Positions 59,349-64,000 of a stretch of DNA of 64,000 nt are shown here, piece after piece (position 1 is the stretch's first letter; every line of letters starts with the position of its first letter). The notes beneath the pieces are model-generated. The model saw only the letters and a program-made list of their open reading frames with translations, had not been told where the DNA came from and searched no databases. The position numbers were made by a program, and so were the translations under genes. The stretch is from Thermoproteota archaeon (GTDB taxonomy: Archaea > Korarchaeota > Korarchaeia > Korarchaeales > Korarchaeaceae), in contig JAOZFI010000006.1 in NCBI GenBank assembly GCA_027491395.1, positions 64,001-128,000 on the forward strand. The letters run 5' to 3'.

Positions 59349-60597
59349 CTTCGGTACTTCATACTACAAGTTCGGGCCTTGGTGGCTCATGAAGACCGGT
59401 CCCGACATGGTAGAGAACAGGGGGTACTTTCCGAGGATATCGAAGCTCTCGGCCGAGGTCAGGGGCATAAAGTCTAGGGAAGTAGTGGTGGGTAACGAGG
59501 TAGCAGAGTACTTGGAGTCTAGAGCTGACCTATCTAGGCTATATTATCCCATGAGAAATGGCATAGTGGAGAGAGGGGATGAGAGGGGCTGGAAGGTTAT
59601 AAAGGAGCTCGTGAGATACGGGCTTCTCAAATACCATCCCGGAAGAACGGATTCTACTGGAGTTCCCTTCCATGGCTTCTTCGTAGTCGCATCGCTAGCT
59701 GCCCAAGCACCCACCTACATGTACGAGAGGATGTTTGAGATCCATAGGGAGGTGAACGCCGAGGAAGGAGGTGGCCTCGTGAGGGCGGTCACTATAATAC
59801 CACAGCCGCTAGCTGTTGCTATAGCGGAGAAGGCGGTAACATGCATCGTGGTTGAAGCTGGACATGGAAACACCCAGATAACGCCCATAAGCAGGGACGT
59901 AATCAAGGCCGCCTTGATTCCCCTCAACAGGGGAGGAAGCGACTCGGACAGGATCGCGGCCCAGATACTGAAGGATCTCGGTTACTCCGACTTAGCTAGG
60001 GAGGAGAAATTCGTCCGTATATTCAAGGAATCAGTGGGCCTCCTTCCCTTAGACGTAGATAAAGCCGTATCCTGGGCGAAGGATCATCCCAGCGCGTTGC
60101 AGTCGGTCTTCCGCATTCCCGGTACTACCGTGGAGGTGGACATGGGAGATAAAGCGTGGCAGAGGTTCCTCATCGGCGAGTTCTTCTTCAATCCCGGACA
60201 CGAGATCTTCGAGAGCTACTACTCTAGGGGCTTTACTCCCCCCAAGGACACTCTAGTGGGAGGTGAAGTAATCCCAGGGGATGTGAGCCTCGCCGAAGCC
60301 CTGAGGGAAGCCATTTCCAAGACCCCTGTTGAACTACAATCGTCCATAGTTAGGCACGTTATACTATCGGGAGGGGCCTTCAACTGGCAAGTCCCCAAAG
60401 GATTGGAAGGGATAGCTACGGACTCGCCGACCAAGCTTAAGGTGATGATGAAATCCGTGGGTCTGGAAACCGGTCCCAAGATGGTCTCAGACCCTCAGTT
60501 CAGCGTGTGGAGAGGAGCCGTAGTCTACGGATTGGCAGTCGGGGAAGGAATAAAGTGGGACTGGGGAAAAATGGAGGGCTGGTTCTACGTGGAATGA
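59314..60597 (+). CDS. Crenactin (archaeal actin)
   Basis: DFGTSYYKFGP, PQPLAVAIAE, EAGHGNTQ, LNRGG, RFLIGE, ILSGGAF, PQFSVWRGAVVYG, EGW match Thermoproteales crenactin as recalled; TTG start with GGAGGTG SD. Confidence 0.93.
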   Translation: MSVTTKHVFASDFGTSYYKFGPWWLMKTGPDMVENRGYFPRISKLSAEVRGIKSREVVVGNEVAEYLESRADLSRLYYPMRNGIVERGDERGWKVIKELVRYGLLKYHPGRTDSTGVPFHGFFVVASLAAQAPTYMYERMFEIHREVNAEEGGGLVRAVTIIPQPLAVAIAEKAVTCIVVEAGHGNTQITPISRDVIKAALIPLNRGGSDSDRIAAQILKDLGYSDLAREEKFVRIFKESVGLLPLDVDKAVSWAKDHPSALQSVFRIPGTTVEVDMGDKAWQRFLIGEFFFNPGHEIFESYYSRGFTPPKDTLVGGEVIPGDVSLAEALREAISKTPVELQSSIVRHVILSGGAFNWQVPKGLEGIATDSPTKLKVMMKSVGLETGPKMVSDPQFSVWRGAVVYGLAVGEGIKWDWGKMEGWFYVE

Positions 60598-61328
60598 ACC
60601 ATCTCTTGGAATTGGATGGCATTCTCGAAGCTAAAATAGGAGTTATTGAATAGTACGTAGTTCTCCCTCAAGGACCACTTCTCCACGATCTCCCTAAGCT
60701 TCTCTAATTCCTCCTGACCGTACTTGTGAGAGTAAACAATCTTCTTTCCCTCCTTCCTCCCATGCAGTCTATAATACCGAATCTTACCGTAAACAGGAAC
60801 TTCGTACATGGGGTCTACAACATGGGAGATACCTAGGTCCTCCAGCAGATCCCTGAACTCCGGGCTCTTGAACCAACCAGCCTCTCTGACCTCCCATGTC
60901 AGCAGGAAATCCCCTGATATGGCTGAGAAGAACTCTCGCGCGTTGGTGAGATTGACCTCGTTGAATTCGAAGGAGGGCGGGCTTTGAAAAACTACAATAT
61001 TAGCTCCGAGCTCCTTCACTAGAGTCCTGAATTCCTCCCAAAGGTCGAAGTTCTCCTTGGTGGGCTTTAGCGACCCGTAAGAGTCTTCCTTAGGAAGGCC
61101 CGTCTTATCCCATATCCTGCTCTTGGGATCGTGGGTGAAGGCCATCCAGGCCTTTACGGTGAATTCAAAGTCTTTAGGGGATTCTCCACGCCATTTTCTT
61201 AAAGTTTCAACCTTTGGAGGTTTATAAAATGTCTTTTGGATCTCCACCAACCTGAGTTTCTCGTAGTACTTCTTCCTAGAGACCTGAAACCCGCAGCAAC
61301 CCACCTTCACGGTAACAGATATCCCCAT
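60585..61328 (-). CDS. DUF72 (UPF0759) TIM-barrel protein
   Basis: VGCCGF, VEIQKTFY, FTVKA, FQSPPSF, WEVR, YYRLHG, FNN. Confidence 0.9.
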   Translation of the reverse strand: MGISVTVKVGCCGFQVSRKKYYEKLRLVEIQKTFYKPPKVETLRKWRGESPKDFEFTVKAWMAFTHDPKSRIWDKTGLPKEDSYGSLKPTKENFDLWEEFRTLVKELGANIVVFQSPPSFEFNEVNLTNAREFFSAISGDFLLTWEVREAGWFKSPEFRDLLEDLGISHVVDPMYEVPVYGKIRYYRLHGRKEGKKIVYSHKYGQEELEKLREIVEKWSLRENYVLFNNSYFSFENAIQFQEMVHST

Positions 61329-62392
61329 TTCTCCACTATCGCCTCCACATCCCTATCCCTTCTAATTACTGATAAGAGGTTTTCACCCCTCATGAAAGAG
61401 TCTAGCACCTCCCTCATGGATCTAACTCCAGCTAAGATCCCTCTGGGGTGATCATATATTCCTAGATCCCCGTTGAGGATCACCTGCAGGTCCTCAGGTA
61501 CGTTAGCGATGGCTATTCCCTGATGGACTTGGGGAGCAGTCAACGGCATCGCGGCGTCCTTCCCACCTCCTATGATTTCGTCTAGCTCCATAACGATTCC
61601 CAAATCTTCCCGCTTCCACGCCACGGGTCTCTCAATCAGATCAAAGCCACTAACCCTTAGGAGCTCGTAAGTGGCTTTAATTCCCAGACCTACCTCTCTA
61701 ATGAGGCAGTTCACCCCCCTCGCTGCTAAAAATATGTCATCTAGGAACTCGATCGCAAGCTCAAGCCTGCCTAAATCCCAGCACAGATGAACGTAAAATC
61801 CCCTCATCCCCAAGGAGATGGCGCGCTCTAGGTCTTCCGAAGATGTAGGAAGTCTCATGAAGTACAACACCCGCCTTCCTTTCTCCTCTTTTATTCTATC
61901 GGTGATTTCGACTATTTGATGAGCCCTATCTAGGTAGGGAGAAGCCTCCTTGTCCATTAAATTGAGAGGATCGAAGCCCACGTGAAGACCAGCTTTACAC
62001 ATCTCCCTAAATAATCTCGCATGCGAGAGAGGATGCAAAACAATATTTTTTCCTACTGAGGCCGCCACACCAGGTCCTCTCAGCCCCAAATACTTCTTCA
62101 GTCCAGATTTACCGGGAATAGGGGGTCTCACTCTGTCGAGAGGAAATTCAACGCTCTTCACCTCACAGATCAGGGGGAGATGCTCCAATAGCGATCCCAC
62201 CGCATAGTATACGGATGGAAGGAGGAGATCCCCGCCCACCAATTCCTCGGGTAGCTCGATGATGTATCGGTACTTCCCTACCTCCTCCAGCTTTACCCTC
62301 GCCTCTACCTCTCCTTCTAAGTCTGTTGGTACAGACGTCTCTTCCAAGGACTTTTTACACTTGAGTTCCAAGATCAAGACCTTTTCACCCAC
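61307..62392 (-). CDS. Highly divergent RuBisCO large-subunit-fold protein lacking catalytic motifs
   Basis: SPYLDR..EEKG..LY, RVSGFD, GIYDHPRGILAGVRSMRE and EKWG match the RuBisCO scaffold; KDDE appears as FDPL. Confidence 0.75.
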   Translation of the reverse strand: MGEKVLILELKCKKSLEETSVPTDLEGEVEARVKLEEVGKYRYIIELPEELVGGDLLLPSVYYAVGSLLEHLPLICEVKSVEFPLDRVRPPIPGKSGLKKYLGLRGPGVAASVGKNIVLHPLSHARLFREMCKAGLHVGFDPLNLMDKEASPYLDRAHQIVEITDRIKEEKGRRVLYFMRLPTSSEDLERAISLGMRGFYVHLCWDLGRLELAIEFLDDIFLAARGVNCLIREVGLGIKATYELLRVSGFDLIERPVAWKREDLGIVMELDEIIGGGKDAAMPLTAPQVHQGIAIANVPEDLQVILNGDLGIYDHPRGILAGVRSMREVLDSFMRGENLLSVIRRDRDVEAIVEKWGYLLP

Positions 62393-62444
62393 ATTCGGTC
62401 ATTACCCGGGGTTCCCTTAAATGATTCCGGTGTAGGTATGTCCG

Positions 62445-63680
62445 ATGCCGGAAGAGGTGGAAGTGCCGAGGGGTAAGGGAGTGTTAGTGAGGTCACCAGC
62501 CTATATTAAACCTCTAAGCGGCAACATTGAAGTTTGGGGTGCCGAGTTCGATGAGATATCGGTTCAGATGGACGGTGTAGAGCTACTAATCACATCCTCA
62601 ATCGATTCGAAAGTGGCTATAGATGGACACTACGTGAAGTTAGAGAACCCCATCCCGGACTGGTGGGAAGAGCTTCCTGAAACCGTAGCAGGCAAAAATA
62701 CCATGTTCATAGGAAGAGTAGACTCCGGCAAGAGTTCCACGGTAGTTTTTACGATCAACAGGATAGTAGGGAGCGGTAGCGCAGTCTCCATAATCGATTC
62801 AGACGTTGGCCAGTCTGATCTGGGACCACCTGGGGTGATCTCCAGCAAGGATGTGGGAAAGCCCGTCATCCACACCAAGTTACTGGAACCTGACTTCATG
62901 TACTTCATCGGCGACAAGACACCAAGCGGTCATTTCCTCCCGATGGTGAAGGGACTTCTAGAAGCTTTGAATAGATCTAGGAGCGATACAGTTCTAATAA
63001 ACACCACGGGTTTCGTGGATGGAGGGGCAGCTAGGGCTCTAAAGAGGTTCAAAGTCGAGTTCTTAGATCCAGATATCGTAGTGCTGATAGAGAAGGAAGA
63101 AGGGGACTTGAATCACATTGCTAAGACAATTCCCAAAGATGTAAAGGTTCTAAAGGTTAGATCACCAGTAGGAGATCTGGCCAAAAGCAGGAATTACAGG
63201 ATCGCCGTAAGGAGGGCTCTACTCAGGAGATACCTATCTGGCGCCGCTACGAGAAAGTTTGACCTCCGGGAGATTGAGCTGATGAATACATTCCTCATGA
63301 CCGGCAAGGCGAAGGACGAGTACATCCCATTTTTGGAGCGCATCTTAGGAGCGAGAGTTCATTGGATGGAGGAGTCCCCCGACATGCTCATAGCGATCAC
63401 GGAAAGCGAAGTAGATAGGAGGAAAATTGCGATGCTCTCAGGGCTCTTGAACAAGGAGGTGAGAATAGGCCCAATGATTGTATACAAGGGACTTTACGTG
63501 GGCCTTATCCGAGGGAGGGGGTGCAAGGGCGTCGGCATAATACAATCAATGGACATTAGGGAGGGTTGGATGAGCGTCTTAACCAAGTATGAGGGACCAC
63601 TAGATGGAATTGCACTGGGATACATCAGGTTTAATGCTGAGGGCGAGGAACTCGGCTCAAGGGGGATGAACGTTCCATGA
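62445..63680 (+). CDS. Clp1/Nol9-family polynucleotide 5'-kinase
   Basis: GRVDSGKSS, DSDVGQSDLGPPG, INTTGFV, R...R motif. Confidence 0.9.
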   Translation: MPEEVEVPRGKGVLVRSPAYIKPLSGNIEVWGAEFDEISVQMDGVELLITSSIDSKVAIDGHYVKLENPIPDWWEELPETVAGKNTMFIGRVDSGKSSTVVFTINRIVGSGSAVSIIDSDVGQSDLGPPGVISSKDVGKPVIHTKLLEPDFMYFIGDKTPSGHFLPMVKGLLEALNRSRSDTVLINTTGFVDGGAARALKRFKVEFLDPDIVVLIEKEEGDLNHIAKTIPKDVKVLKVRSPVGDLAKSRNYRIAVRRALLRRYLSGAATRKFDLREIELMNTFLMTGKAKDEYIPFLERILGARVHWMEESPDMLIAITESEVDRRKIAMLSGLLNKEVRIGPMIVYKGLYVGLIRGRGCKGVGIIQSMDIREGWMSVLTKYEGPLDGIALGYIRFNAEGEELGSRGMNVP

Positions 63681-64000
63681 GCTCCTCCTACATAAAAAAT
63701 CTCGATGAGCTTGTTGATAACGGGGCAACTAGGAAGGACAAGGACGCTAGAAGGGCCCTGTTGCTGGCTTTTGATAAGGCGATAACGGCAGCTGACGCTT
63801 ACAAAGCGGTATTTTCCAGATTCTCGGATCAGGAGATAGTGTTCGGTACCTCATCCATCGACATAGGATCTTTTAAGGATGTATACGTGGTGGGAGCGGG
63901 AAAAGCTGGGAGCATGATGGCTAAAGCCGTGGAGGACAGAATTGGGAAACGCATATCATTTGGTTGGGTAAATGTCCCTGCTAAGACTGAGAAGACCGTT
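63677..64000 (+). CDS. Glycerate 2-kinase (DUF4147/MOFRL), 5' part
   Basis: Manual translation from ATG 63677 (ATGA overlap): MSSLYIKN...AADAYKAV...VYVVGAGKAGSMMA. Confidence 0.85.
   Translation, partial: MSSSYIKNLDELVDNGATRKDKDARRALLLAFDKAITAADAYKAVFSRFSDQEIVFGTSSIDIGSFKDVYVVGAGKAGSMMAKAVEDRIGKRISFGWVNVPAKTEKTV

Overview
Dense, almost entirely housekeeping 64-kb segment of a thermophilic archaeal chromosome. Korarchaeota-like origin is inferred from crenactin, a euryarchaeal-type multi-OB RPA, a short XPF, class I LysRS plus AsnRS, and AGG/ATA-rich codons. It encodes GINS-MCM-Hel308, RNA-maturation genes (RNase Z, Trm11, Nog1, RtcA, Clp1), TFB/TBP/Rpo6/Rpo12, Alba, a thermosome subunit, Lhr, a complete A-type ATP synthase split into two convergent units, porDAB, gluconeogenic enzymes and four intron-less tRNAs. 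No mobile element, CRISPR array, intein or rRNA was seen. The most unusual items are: an intact RuBisCO-fold gene that has lost nearly all catalytic residues; crenactin coupled to Ogt inside a DNA/RNA repair-rich neighbourhood; a WecB-RCK_C-like fusion; an elongated ATP synthase subunit I; a tRNA-Gly with C33; tRNA-led operons; and a membrane-anchored caspase-fold (C25-like) protease. All family calls are by motif recognition from memory, not database searches. Several start codons were moved from the ORF track using SD/TATA context.
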